From Phoronis australis (Eukaryota; Animalia; Phoronida): a stretch of 64,000 bases of DNA. Shown here one piece after another: positions 1 to 13,300 of the stretch. Below the pieces are notes generated by a model. It was not told where the DNA came from. It was given only the letters and a program-made list of their open reading frames with translations, and searched no databases. Within the stretch, counting starts at the first letter, position 1. Every line of letters starts with the position of its first letter. The position numbers were made by a program, and so were the translations under genes. The stretch spans positions 921,066 through 985,065 of the forward strand of contig NMRA01000065.1 in NCBI GenBank assembly GCA_002633005.1. Direction: 5' to 3'.

Positions 1-1026
1 AGGAATGTTTGCAATAAGCTAATGGCCAAGACTGGGCAACTATGGAACATGCCTAGTGATGTCCAGGTCACAGCTTTAAATCATACAAACAATTTCTTCA
101 CGGAAATTGGCATTGGATGGCCTACCGCAGAATACAAGAATGAAGTGGTTTGTTATACGGACAGCTCTAAACTGGAAAATGGCCAGACAGGTGCTGGGGT
201 CTACTTTCCAAGCCTTCCTGTTGCAGATGCAGAAAACTGGGTATCGCTAGGCAATCTTAATTGCCACGGTGTTTCAGGCTGAGATCACTGCATTTAATAG
301 AGCTGCTCAACTGGCACAACAATATAACACTGAACTTGGCAATCGGCCACTATTACCATCTTTTCAGATAGCCAGGCAGCAATAAAAGCCCTAAAGAAAC
401 TAAGGGTCAACTCTGGTTGTGTTAATGCTTGTATTAATGAGCTTAACAAGCTTGCAATTGAAAGAACCGTCAATATACGCCGGGTCAGGGCCCATGTGGG
501 AATTGATGGCAATGAGAATGCAGACAGACTCGCAAAGATAGGAGCAATCGTTCTGCATTTTGTGCCTGAACCTGCTATCCCGGTATCTTACGGATGTTGC
601 AGGACCGGGGTACATACCCAGTCAGCAGCCCAGTGGGCATCACTTAACTCCTGCAGAGAGACCAAGGAGAATTTTCCCAATGTGATCGAACCAAAAGGTT
701 CAAAAAGCCTTCTGAGTCTAGATAGATTGGGTATAAGACATGTCATTCAAATTTTGACGGGCCACTGCAACCTAGCCCGACACAGACACATTACTGTGCA
801 TATGAGGAGCCCAGTGTGTCTTGAGTGTGGTACTGACGTAGAATCTCCTAAACACCGGGTAGAGTCTTGCCCAGCTTTTTATAGGCTAAGGAGCAACCTA
901 CTGGATGGCACTGTTACATGCCTACAACATATAGTACATGACAACAAATGGAATTTCTTCACGAGAAGCCATAATTGGGCTCTCGTGCTTTTGCTGAGGT
1001 GTTTTGTGCAATGGGCCCAAAGATGA
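1..1026 (+). mobile_element. Decayed non-LTR retrotransposon 3' part: RNase H plus CCHC zinc knuckle (I/Nimb/R1-Loa-type architecture)
   Basis: Frameshifted motifs CYTDSSK..GAGVY, VFQAEI, IFSDSQAAIKAL, HVGIDGNENADRLAKIGA, LTGHCNLARH, CLECG..ESPKH..ESCPAF. Confidence 0.88.
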
Positions 1027-1313
1027 GGCCTGCACGCGTCTGATGCACTGCAAATGACATCAGACCACCTGCACTGTTTTTTTTTTACCAAATGTTGCTG
1101 TATGGCATCTACTTGACTTTTGTACAAAATATAAACCATGTATAAAATTTGTGGAGATATTTTACAAAACGGAATTTCATTTGTCAGACATATTGTGCTA
1201 AGTAAGTGAAGAATCAACTTAAAGGCACTTTATTTCAAGACCACTAAGTGTGAAATGTTGACTTTGTGGTATATTGTCCTTTTGGTTATCAGATAATATC
1301 TTTTCATTCTCAG

Positions 1314-4300
1314 TCTGTCTTGCCGACTTTGAAGAAACACGCCAAGAAAGTTGTTCACAATTTAAAACAAAAGTTTGAAGTGGAACTTTTCAAGAACATG
1401 TTGTATTTGAATGCAGAAGAAAGAAAGTGAGTTTTTCATTTTTATACGGGTCGTCATTTTTAGGGAATTTCAGTTGACTCATGGGCAATCAGTGGAATAT
1501 GGCATGAATTGCTATCTAGACTGATAATATCTTGCTGATAACTTATTTTATTTAATATGACTGTCACAATATTGTAAGTACTTGAACTTCGAGGTATGTT
1601 AGCATTGTTGGGGTAATGTGACTATTACCTAGGGATATTCTGTTGCACTCACAATGGCGATTGTGGCGTTTTTTTATTTTGTCGTGGTCACAAAAATCCT
1701 GTGGCAATATGAAACAAGTTAACCCGTAGTATTGTTTTCTATGGTTACATTGTGCTCAGAATGGAACTCGTGGGTGGTATTTTTCAGATAATAAAACACT
1801 TCATGCGTCTGTTCTCTTATAGAAAATTGTTGGCTTTTGGCTTGCCAATTTATGGTTTTAAAATAGCTTTAAGTCTTTGTCACTGTTTTAAGGGTTTACT
1901 TAAAGTTCGTTATTAAGCAACTAAACATTTATTTTTTGTTACTTTGAAAAGACTGCAAAATGACTACTTTTGTCAATTGTCTCTTAACATAGCGATTTCT
2001 TTTAGAAAATTCATTAAAATGACATTGCGGTGATTGGGATGGTATCTAGACAGTATTGCAATCAAAACTAGACATCTTGGTAATCAGCATCACATGTTAT
2101 CTAGACATTGTTGCTATTAAGTTTAGGATTAACATTTATAATCTAGACAGTATTGCCATTTAAAGTAGACATTTTGGGATTGGGGTCATATCTAGACCAT
2201 ATTGCAATCAATACAATATTTGGCGATTGGCGTCTTGTCAAGACAATGTTGTAAATAAAACTAGACACTTTGTGGATCGGTATCATTTCTAGACAATATT
2301 GCCGTCCTTAAAATAGCTATTTTGACTGGGAATAGGGACCATATCTATAGACAATACTGCAATCAAAACTAGATGTTTTAGAGAGAGAGGGATAATATCA
2401 AGACAATATTGCAATGAAAACTAGATGATGTTGTAAGTTATAGACTTAATTGCCATTTGATTAAAGGTTTGTGAAACAACGAGATAAAATGGAGAAAGAG
2501 CATGGAGATTATGTGAAGGGCGTGTCTAAAGAAGTATATCGCGTGTTACGGGCCATGAATCGTTTCAAAGAAGCCGTCATCGCTCTGCTCAACAAGGAGG
2601 GATTGAACTTCAGTTCGGCCACAATCAAGCTTATTCCGGATGTTGGAATGGTAAATTGTAACAAGCTCTTCCTTGCGGTAGATTTCTCTGCTCAACATTC
2701 GATGGATAATTACCAACTAAGTATAACAGCCTGGGGGTCTTACGGAATACATTTTTGAAAGGGTTTATCAACACTTTAGCTGCTAAAGGGGAAGTTCTGC
2801 AATACCTTCACTGACAAATTATCTTCATGAAATATTGTAACGGTCTTTTAAGGAGAAAAAATCGATTGATGATGTCTTGCCCATATTGTCCATGTGTGTG
2901 CCCTGTTCTTGGGCATGTAAGAGTGATCCTTAAAAATCACCCATGTAGTCTGTTTCAAACATTGTTACTTTTTGAAAGAGGCCTATGTGAGTGTCTAGCA
3001 AGTTCTATTGTCCCAGTTCACTTTAAGCACTTTCATTGGTCAGATCAGAAGATTTGTGTTCACTTGTAGTCAACTTTCTTGACACTATAGTGGAGTAGCC
3101 AGGTGGTCACCATTTTGAACTTTTTCCTCTTGTTACTCAAAGTTGTCTTATGTATCTCAAAATTCTGGTTACTGTGGCTTCTATTTCCCAAGACTTTTGT
3201 TTTTTTGGTTGTTACTGAACTATCATTGGTGTGCTTTTAGGATGGCGACTTAGAGAAGATGCACACGTCTGCTGAGACAGCTATTGATAGTGAGTTGGCT
3301 TAAAGACGCGTAGTCTCATTAAATTGTAAATATTATGCAAATTAAGTACTAATTTATGAACAACCTCGGATCCTCCAGTATGCCAGAAACCATCGGAGAA
3401 CCAGTTACCATAATTTCAATCTTGCGAGAGTCTCATTTTGCGAGACTAAAATTTATGTATTAAGCCAGTATGGTAATATTTCATTGTTACCCTAATGAAG
3501 CAAGGCACAGTTTTTATTATTCTATTTGTCTATTTTACTATCAAATAACGAATGCATGATGTTTGGAATTACTAAGGTATTCTATGTTTCACACTGTCTT
3601 GTGTTTAAGCGTTAGTATCAGGTGTGGTGTTTTCTTTGAAACCACAGTTTATTTACAAATTATTTCTTTTCTGTTGCTCTGACACTAAGTTTATTTGTTT
3701 GTTCGCACTCTTCAGGTCCTAATTTTCTCTGATCCTTACGAAATTTACACACAACTTGTTATTTCGGAAGTACAGGAACCTTAGGCTTGTTTTTCATCAT
3801 AATCGGATCCTGGATGGCCATTTTAATTTCAATTTCACATTCAAATGCCCATAGAGGCCACAATTTTTGAGGTAAACGGCTGAAAATCAGTACGATTATT
3901 GTACCATATGTTTGCTATAAATCTTATAGAAATTGTTCACTTCTGATTAAAGGTGGCGGAAATGTCGACAATTGCGCATACACACCTCGATTTTGGGCTA
4001 AAATTGTTTTCATCTGTAGAGGGCACATTATAGGACCAATTGCTTCAAAATTTTTCACTTATTAGTTTTATATGACACTCTATTATCTAAATGTTGAATA
4101 ACTGGAAGTTGCTTAGATGGCAGACCTGACGCATTTTGACCCATTTTCAGTAGTGCTGGGGTGCCCTTGTAAACGGGAGGAGAAAATGACATGATTTTTT
4201 GCGTGTGGATTCTCTGAGGTATATCCTTTCAAATAACCTATAACAATTTTTTCTCAGCCTTACTGTTTTTGAGTTATTTGCATTATTTCCATAAAAATGC

Positions 4301-7300
4301 AAAATTTCATTTTTTAAATTTTACGGAGCTCAGTGAAACTATCAAATGAATTTAGATAAACTTTTGAGCGGGCATTCAGAAAATAATTTCCATTTTTTGC
4401 TAGGACGTCCACTTTTTGAATTATTCAAAGTTTTCTGATAATGCCATTCCTTTGTTGACCGATATTGCTGCGCTGTTGTGCTTTAGTTTCTATTGACGGA
4501 GACTTTTGCCTAATTCTTTCTGATTTCTGACACCTTCGCTAGTCATATGAATGTTGTCATGTTGTTCATACTCGACTCTTTCACCATCATAATTGTCATC
4601 GTCGTCATCCACTCTATCATCGTCTTTTTAGTTAATATCTCCAAGTGTCGCTCATCCGAGTGCTGTCCTGTTATTTATTTGGGTACAGTTCTAACAAGAT
4701 TGATAAACTGGCGCATTTATATTCAAAAGAATAAAGATTATTTTCTGGTTAAAAGGCTGAAATTAAAAAATCCTTTAATGATTTAAAAAACTGTTAGTTC
4801 AGTGCTTTTCTATACCTGCCTAACATCATCAAACAAACATCTGAATTAAAAATATTGATATAAAATTGATTGATACTCAAAGTGGGTTTTGATTTGTGGA
4901 CGTTTAAAGAGCTGGCAGTCTGTTATTGCTTTTCACTGAGGTCAAGGAGTTGACTTGTCATGATGAGAATCATTTTTTGTGAAGTGCATGGTCCTAAGCA
5001 ATTGCCAGTTCATAAACAACAGACTTGTTAAATAAGTTTGGACTAGCAGTGACCCCTTTTAGTTGCAGTAAGTGGCCGAGGTGTAAATTAATGCAGTGGC
5101 TTATTTCCATCATCTTCATCCATCCAGAATTGACTGCTCTACCTCCTGAACCCCTTGCAGGATCTTCATTAAAATTGAGCAGATGTATTCCCATATAGTT
5201 GACTTTGGAATGGATCCAGTGCATGCTCTGCCCTTCAAACCTTAATGTGCTGTGAGGTTTGTAGTTGTCTTTCTGTTGACGGAAACCTGTCCAACTCATT
5301 TTAGGTTCACTGGCATTGTACATCCTTGTGCATGGAAATGGAGTGTTGAAAAACACATTAAAACTCACATTATTTCATTGTCATTTGCAATATACATGGT
5401 AGACATATGTCAAGGCTCAGAATTGATCTTGTTTTGACAAACTTTATCAACTTTAAACGTTAATACTGCGTGTTCTGTATGGTCGTCTGCATTGTGTGAT
5501 GTCTATGGTGTACATAATCTTGTCTCAATGCACGCTGGATTGTGTCAAATTGGACTTGAATTCAAGTTTGTTTTCTGTGTGCTTATCATAATATTTATGC
5601 GAATGAATCAAATGGAGTCCATTGACTTATTTTTTTAGCTTCTGTAAAAGTGTCAGATCTTACAGCTGTGGTTAGAGTGGACACAATCATGTGTTCGCTG
5701 CATGAGGAAAAGATCCTTCAACAAGTTCTTGTCAATGACACTAAAAAATATTCTGCAATTCTGTCTGGTTTAGAAGTGTTCATTAGATAAGTATAGCGAG
5801 TTTTCTCTGTTTGAAGTGCCTGTCTTTGAATTAGATTAATCTAGTTGTGTGTGAAGAAGGTTATGAGCCCCAAGTTTTTTCTCACACTCTGCCCAGGTTG
5901 AATTGTCAAGTTGTTGATTTTAGCTTGACCTTATTAGCACTTCAGTTGAGTGGCTTCATATGTGGCTTGTAATGTCAGAATTTACACTTTTATACTTTTC
6001 CAGTGCTGATGGCTGTGGAGTTCCGTCTGCTTCAAGCTTTGGCACGTCGACGTAAAGGTGAAGGCGCACTAGTTACCAAGACTTCGGACATTTTTGAAAG
6101 AGAGATGGTAAGAGATGCTTGTTTAGTTGTCATGGTAACATCATTGTTATAATTGTTGATGCTGATTGTTCAAGATTTTCAAAAGTGGCCAAGTGTAATG
6201 AAATGTCTAAAATATGCTGGGCATTCATAATAAAACAATATAAGTTTGATGTCGAAAAATAAATGTTTCACGTTCAAGACTGAGAAAGAAATAAGAAATG
6301 ACTTAATCTTGAGTCAATTATTGTTAAATAAATGTCAGGAGTTGGCTCCTTTTCGGATGCTTTCCCCCCATGCGTTACTCATCATCGTTTAATTTTGGTC
6401 TACATTTATTTATTAGTTGGTCACTTTTCTTGTGTGCCACTTATTGTCCAATCACTTACATCCACATTATTGTTATTTATTCAAAATATTGTTGGAAGAC
6501 GCCATCAATACTTACATCGCCTCCGTAACTCATTCTACCTGAGGTCAAAAGGTCAAAAAGCATAGTTGGTGCGGGTCTCACTTTCAAAATCTTGCCGGTT
6601 GTGCATTATTTTTTCAGTTGCCCAATTTTTCAAAATAGAAAAAATCCATCTGAAAGAGACAAAAATGATTCAGGATTCCATTTTTGCCCATCATTTCGCA
6701 GGTCGTGGCATTCCAGACATTGCTTACGTGCCTCTGTGCGGCTTTTCGACAAACATGAGAACATTGCTACAAACGATATAGGCGGGCATTTTTTATTCGG
6801 CATGGAACAAAATGGTTATTACTCGGTAGGCTAGTACATGATTGTTCATTGTTTTCAAAATTGATCGAAAAAGAATCTAGGGGATGCCAACTCATTGCCT
6901 AATCCTTTTTTACGACAAAATGGTAAACTATTGCAAAAAAGTTTTGTGATAAAATTTGATGTTGCAGTACTTTATATAGCCAGACATTCTCTTATTAATT
7001 CATTCATTCCAAGTACCTTTAGCATTCAACTTGTCAAATTGAATTACTTACTGGTCGTCCCGCAAATTAGTAATGTTTTTACGTGATCCCAAAGTGATAA
7101 GTTGCTTGATGTAGCTTGTGTTTGCCCTGGCTGCATTCCAGAGGAATAAAAACCTCTGCAGGAAAAGAAAGATAACGCAAGTCTTGACGAGATAGCGGCC
7201 ATGCATTGCAAGCAAAGCATGTGATCACACCCGAGTGTCTCACATCTACATATCTCGTCTTCGTTATATATTGTTCGTGCTTCAATAGTTGTAAATTAAA

Positions 7301-10300
7301 AGTTCTTCAGTATCCAAGTCAGTGTTGTTCAAGCTAGTGAATCGTGTAGTTTACAAAATTAATGCTCACAATTTTTACGTTGACTTGTGCGGAGTGAAGT
7401 TTTTTTTTTAAACATCGATTTCCAGTCAAGGAAAACACCCGTCAGTTCTGATTTTGGTTGCATTTCTGCAGTACCTTATGCTGAAGGGTGAAGAAAGTAG
7501 CTCGCTTATGCCCAAACGATTAAAGGAGTTAACGGAAAAGATTGCTGATCTTGAGAAAGAACTCGGCCTTCTGAGAATGCAGGATGTGAGTAGTGACTAT
7601 ACTCCGTGTTCTTTACAAAGTTTAGTTAATGCTCAGTACCGTGGTTTTGTAAATGGTTTATTTAATACAAAATCACGATTTCAAAATCCTACTGGCGGTT
7701 TGTGGATGCCGTAAAGGGGTGCTCAACCGCAAACCATAGACCCTATAATCGCTGTTTTTCTCGTGACCATAGAGCGCAATGGCGTGGACCCCCCTCCCTA
7801 AATCCACCTGTGATTCCTGACATTTTTGTCGCGTCTACTTGTTTGGCAATTTGGAGTACTCAAAAATACACCTGGGAAGACACTTAATTACACACATGAA
7901 TTTACATCAGTGTTAAAAAGATATTGATAGTTAACCTCTTGTAGTTTGGTCAGGCAAACAGTTTTGATTTCTCTGTGTATTCAGCTACATTTTTCTTTAA
8001 ATTTGAAGTGTGAAAGTCAAGATATCTTGCGTCGCAATTGAGAAGATTCGGTCCACATGCTGTAGAGCAATTGATTTTGATTTCCACATCTAAACATGTG
8101 TACTGTGTGTAATTGACCATAAAAATGTCCTGTGATGTACCGTAATCGTTCGGGTTAACGCCCATGCTCAGTTAACTGCCCACCCCTACTTTAGGTGGAT
8201 TTTCGATTTAACCGCCCACTGCTCGGTTAACCGCCCCCCTGCTATTTTTGAAGATTTCCAATTAAGCGCCCACCTCTCGGTTAAGCGCCCATCCCCTACT
8301 TTTGACGATTGGTGATTACCGCCCTGTGCTAATAGGAAACGCGAATNNNNNNNNNNNNNNNNNNNNNNNNNNNNNNNNNNNNNNNNNNNNNNNNNNNNNN
8401 NNNNNNNNNNNNNNNNNNNNNNNNNNNNNNNNNNNNNNNNNNNNNNNNNNNNNNNNNNNNNNNNNNNNNNNNNNNNNNNNNNNNNNNNNNNNNNNNNNNN
8501 NNNNNNNNNNNNNNNNNNNNNNNNNNNNNNNNNNNNNNNNNNNNNNNNNNNNNNNNNNNNNNNNNNNNNNNNNNNNNNNNNNNNNNNNNNNNNNNNNNNN
8601 NNNNNNNNNNNNNNNNNNNNNNNNNNNNNNNNNNNNNNNNNNNNNNNNNNNNNNNNNNNNNNNNNNNNNNNNNNNNNNNNNNNNNNNNNNNNNNNNNNNN
8701 NNNNNNNNNNNNNNNNNNNNNNNNNNNNNNNNNNNNNNNNNNNNNNNNNNNNNNNNNNNNNNNNNNNNNNNNNNNNNNNNNNNNNNNNNNNNNNNNNNNN
8801 NNNNNNNNNNNNNNNNNNNNNNNNNNNNNNNNNNNNNNNNNNNNNNNNNNNNNNNNNNNNNNNNNNNNNNNNNNNNNNNNNNNNNNNNNNNNNNNNNNNN
8901 NNNNNNNNNNNNNNNNNNNNNNNNNNNNNNNNNNNNNNNNNNNNNNNNNNNNNNNNNNNNNNNNNNNNNNNNNNNNNNNNNNNNNNNNNNNNNNNNNNNN
9001 NNNNNNNNNNNNNNNNNNNNNNNNNNNNNNNNNNNNNNNNNNCCCCCCCCCCCGATTTCTTGAAATTTCACGTTTAAGCGCCCATGTCTGGTTAACCGCC
9101 CACCCCCGATTTTTTGGGTTCACCAATTTAACCGCCCAGGGCGTTAACCCGAACAATTACGGTATGTACGTATGAGGTAACATCTTTAGCAGTGTAAGAC
9201 ACTATATGGTGGATACCATATTAAGGGACAATGCTTTACTGTCTTTCAGTTCCTTACCATAGCCAATACTACTTGTGAAATTCTATTTCAAATGGTCGTA
9301 TTTCTCGGCAGTAATAAAGATTTCATCATTTTTGTTATTATTATAATATATAGCAGGGTGATCAGTGTTTTGAAATTGAAAAATGGCATTTTGGCAGTAA
9401 TCTCTGTACGAAATAGGTGAAGATTTCCTGGTAATTTGTCAGTCGCTTATTTCTCACAAAAATGATACTGTCAGAAATGTTTTTTTTTCCTTTTTCAAAA
9501 GGCTGATTTAGTAGCTGCAAATGATGGGAGCTTCACCAGTCATTATTAATTTTATATCAACACAGTGCAAATAAGAATGATAATGGACTAAAATGTTCGT
9601 AATCTTTGTTTTTAACAAAATTAAATTTCTGTTGTCTGCCATATTGTATGACAAACAGGTCACATCAGATGTTACCGTGAAAAATTATTGGCATTCACAG
9701 CAAGCCTTCTGAGTATGGAAAACTATCAATTTTATTGGTAATTGGTAAGGTCTCACTGTAAAAAATTCTGATCTTGTCTTTAAATGCGAACCAAAATTGC
9801 AACAAGGCCTAAGAAGGTCCAACAATGCAATTACTGGCAACACAGTCACTTAACTGTAACTTGGTTTTGGTGGGTTTGTCAGTTAAATTTTCCAAAACTA
9901 TAGGAATGGTAAAGAGATATTGTGAACCGTACATGTTTCATTAAATTTACAGACGAGTTAAGATTATTGTTTGTTTGTTTATTACATTTGGCTTATTTTG
10001 CTTTCTTGTGTAACCTGTCTTCACAACCTTAAAACGTTGAAATGGCCACATTGGTTTTCTTGATGTATTTTTAATTTTGATTGAATTTGATTTGTTTACT
10101 AATTTAAAATAAAATTATATTAGATTGGTAGGTTTAGTACTTAAAGCCGACCAGTATGTTAGAAGTTCTCAATTCACTCTAGTCTTGTCAGTACTTGAAA
10201 TCGACAAGTAAAGTGTAGAGCATATCTGTGTAGCCAAGCGCCATTCTATGAATTTGTTTTCTTTTGTTAATAAGTTCCAATAGTCTAGCGCGTTACTTGA

Positions 10301-13300
10301 TTTTTGATTTGGCTAACTCTGTTCTTTTAAGCAGTGATTTGAAGATATAGGTATAGTCCCACACGCTTCGTACTGTTTCAAGCAGTGAGATTTGATTTTT
10401 TTTTTCAGAAATAGTTATGAGGAGCGTACGACCAAATTTCTGACTTAAGTCACTTTTCTTAAAACGAGTCTATATAATTCTATATTGAGCAAGTGTTACT
10501 GAATCAGCTCAGGACAAATCATGACTGTGTTTATTTAGACCCTGGTGCTGAGCGGTATGGTTGGTCTTTGACTGGATGTCATGCAAACACCAAACACAAC
10601 TCTAATAGCACAGAAGTGATTTTTGCCTGACTCCATCTCGGTTTTTGTTGGACAGATGGGCTGAGAATGGCTGAAGAGTGATTTCTTTCTGTATCAATGT
10701 GTATTTTGCAATTTTATTTTTGCATTTCAATCTTTTGAATATATCCGATCTTTTAACAATCATTGGTTACCATTTGATCATCATGGAGATAACCTCCTAT
10801 TTCTATTTCAAACTTCTGTCCACATCATGAGTCTTGGTGGTGGCAGGCTCTGTCCAACAAAAACTAGATCTCATTTCCAATGTGCTTAGTTATAGTAGAA
10901 TAATTTAACATTAACCATTTCCACTGAGTGTAGAGACTGAACAAGAGACGACTGCTGGAAGAAGGCCTCAGATATGTTTCACTGGCCGATACGGGAACGG
11001 GGTCGGGTGTTTTCATAGGTGGAGATATGAAAGATACAGCCACCAGCTTGCACGCTGATCTCCTCACTGACTACTCCATGATGTCCACTGGCACTGAAGT
11101 TACCAAAAGTATGACAAAATTGAATTGCATGGACAGAGGGGTGGGAACGAAGTGGGATTTGATGAGCAGTCTAAAAGGAATTAAGTCTTCTGGTAAAACT
11201 GACAAACGCCAACCAATGATAGCAGGTCCTATTCAAGCCCCAACCAAATGCTCGAGTGAATTCAAGCTGAAAGCAGCAAACTCGGAAAAAGGTGACTCAG
11301 TTGTGTGTCGAGGGAAAATGCTCCATTTTGGTGAAACATATGATGCACCCCAACATAGACCGGTTATTCCACGACAATCCAGTAAATCTCATCAATCACC
11401 CACAGATGTCGCTTTCTCCAGCGATCATGAGTACAAAAAGTCAGAAAGTACAACCACAAGGCTGGCAGGTAGCCATCCCTCTCAATCGAAGTTGGCGTCG
11501 ATGCCGACAGTTTATGATGTTGGGACGGTTTTGGAATGGCGTGGAGTATCTGCACATGAGCTGAGAAAATTGAAGTCAACACAGTTGTCTCATATCATGT
11601 CACAGCCAATCAGTGAAGTTCATGAAAAAGAAACTGCTAACAAAACTGTCCAGTGTGATAGGCCTAGGGCTATTGATATTCAAACCTCTTTTAGCGATGA
11701 TAGACTGACAAGGAAACCGAGCAGTGCTGTGGTTAAGGCTGTAAAATCTGAGGTAGACTGCTGCTTTTTGTATGTATATGATAATGCTTCTTAGGCGACC
11801 CGCTATTGGCAGGTCAGCTTACCCTAGAAATATTTTAAAATTTTTATTAATTTTGTTAACTTTTTTGTAACGTATCTGAAAATAGTCAAGTGAAACTTCC
11901 ATTATTATTATATTTACTGATTTATACCCTAGTTGTCGAAAATGTTTTTTGGGATTGGTTTGGATAAAAATGTTCTATACTTGCATAAAGGCAATCGAAA
12001 ACTAGCAATTAGGAGTTGAATTTTTTTTTGAAAAACTCCAAATGTGCGTTAAGGATAAATTATGGCAATTTAGATTATATTTACAATGCTTTAGAAACTA
12101 CTCTGTGAATTTTTATATCATCCAAAAGAAATTTGCTGATATTTTAGATACTACTTTTTTGTTTCAAATTTAGCTTTATTTATTTCTTTTTTGAGAGTTT
12201 TAATAAAGACATTATGGTCATTTGAGCCTATATATGAGGCATTGCAGAAGTCAAAAAGTAAATTCCAATAGGAATTTTCCTCTTAGACCATGGATTACTT
12301 TGCTGAGTTTGGTTTGTAGAGTTTTGTAGAAAGTTGCCCAAATTCATTGACATGATCATAAGGTTACTCATAGCCTTTGGAACACTTTATAAAGAACTCT
12401 ACTCTCATAAAATCGACTTTGCTATATAAATGTGATTGGATTGTGTTTCTATTACCAACTCAAGTTACAGGCAATGTGTACAATGTCATGCTCTATTTTA
12501 AAATTTACAATCTTGGGTTTGGCCAACCACAACAAAATTTGAAGCGTTTTCCTGAGTGGCTGATAGACTCTTGTTCGTTACAGAAACAGAAAGATTGTTA
12601 CCAGATATATTTCAGGAGAGTAAAAGGCATTGTTCATTTTTGGTCAGCTAAATATGATAAAATGTATCTGTAGCGCTGCATTTTGTTAGCACATGGAGTA
12701 AGGACCATTTACTTAAATATAATTATCAAATGTAATTATTTTTGGACAATTTTGTGTTCTAGCACTTGTTAGGAAGATATTGATTGAGGAGTCAGTGCAT
12801 CATACCGTGTAGAATTTAATCTATTTTAATGATTCTTTGGTGAATAGTAACAAAAAGTGTAAGTTTGATTTCCTGCGCGTTTCAACATGGTGGCACATGC
12901 AACATATTTACCAAAAAGGAAAATTTAAATTTTATTTATTAATTTTAATGTTCTCTTCACAGGAGAAAAAGTTTAAAGGGTTGAAGTCCCGTTACGACAA
13001 GTTAGCACTAGATCACACCAAGACGCTGGATGAGATGAATAATATGTAAGTTGATCTAATGCAGTGTTCTCATGCCATCTGGTTATAAGGTAGCGTTCAC
13101 ATGCCATCTGGTCATAATGCAGCGTTCACATGCCATCTGGTCATAAGGCAGGTCATATGTCTCTGATGCATCATCTGGAAAACCTTTCATGACTAATGTG
13201 CGAGTGCTGGTTAAATGGCAAATCCGCCTTCCTACTTTGTGAAAGCTACATTCCAATATTGGGTAACTTGTTGTTAGTCTTTGTTAATCTAGGCTTCTTG

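Noticed and set aside
4440-4700. Acidic (DDDRVDDDDDNYDGE) minus-strand coding-like stretch
   Set aside because: Interrupted by stops with no recognisable domain; probably decayed transposon sequence but not classifiable.
8302-9156. Three 250-275 aa ORFs in the ORF track
   Set aside because: They are artefacts of translating the N gap.
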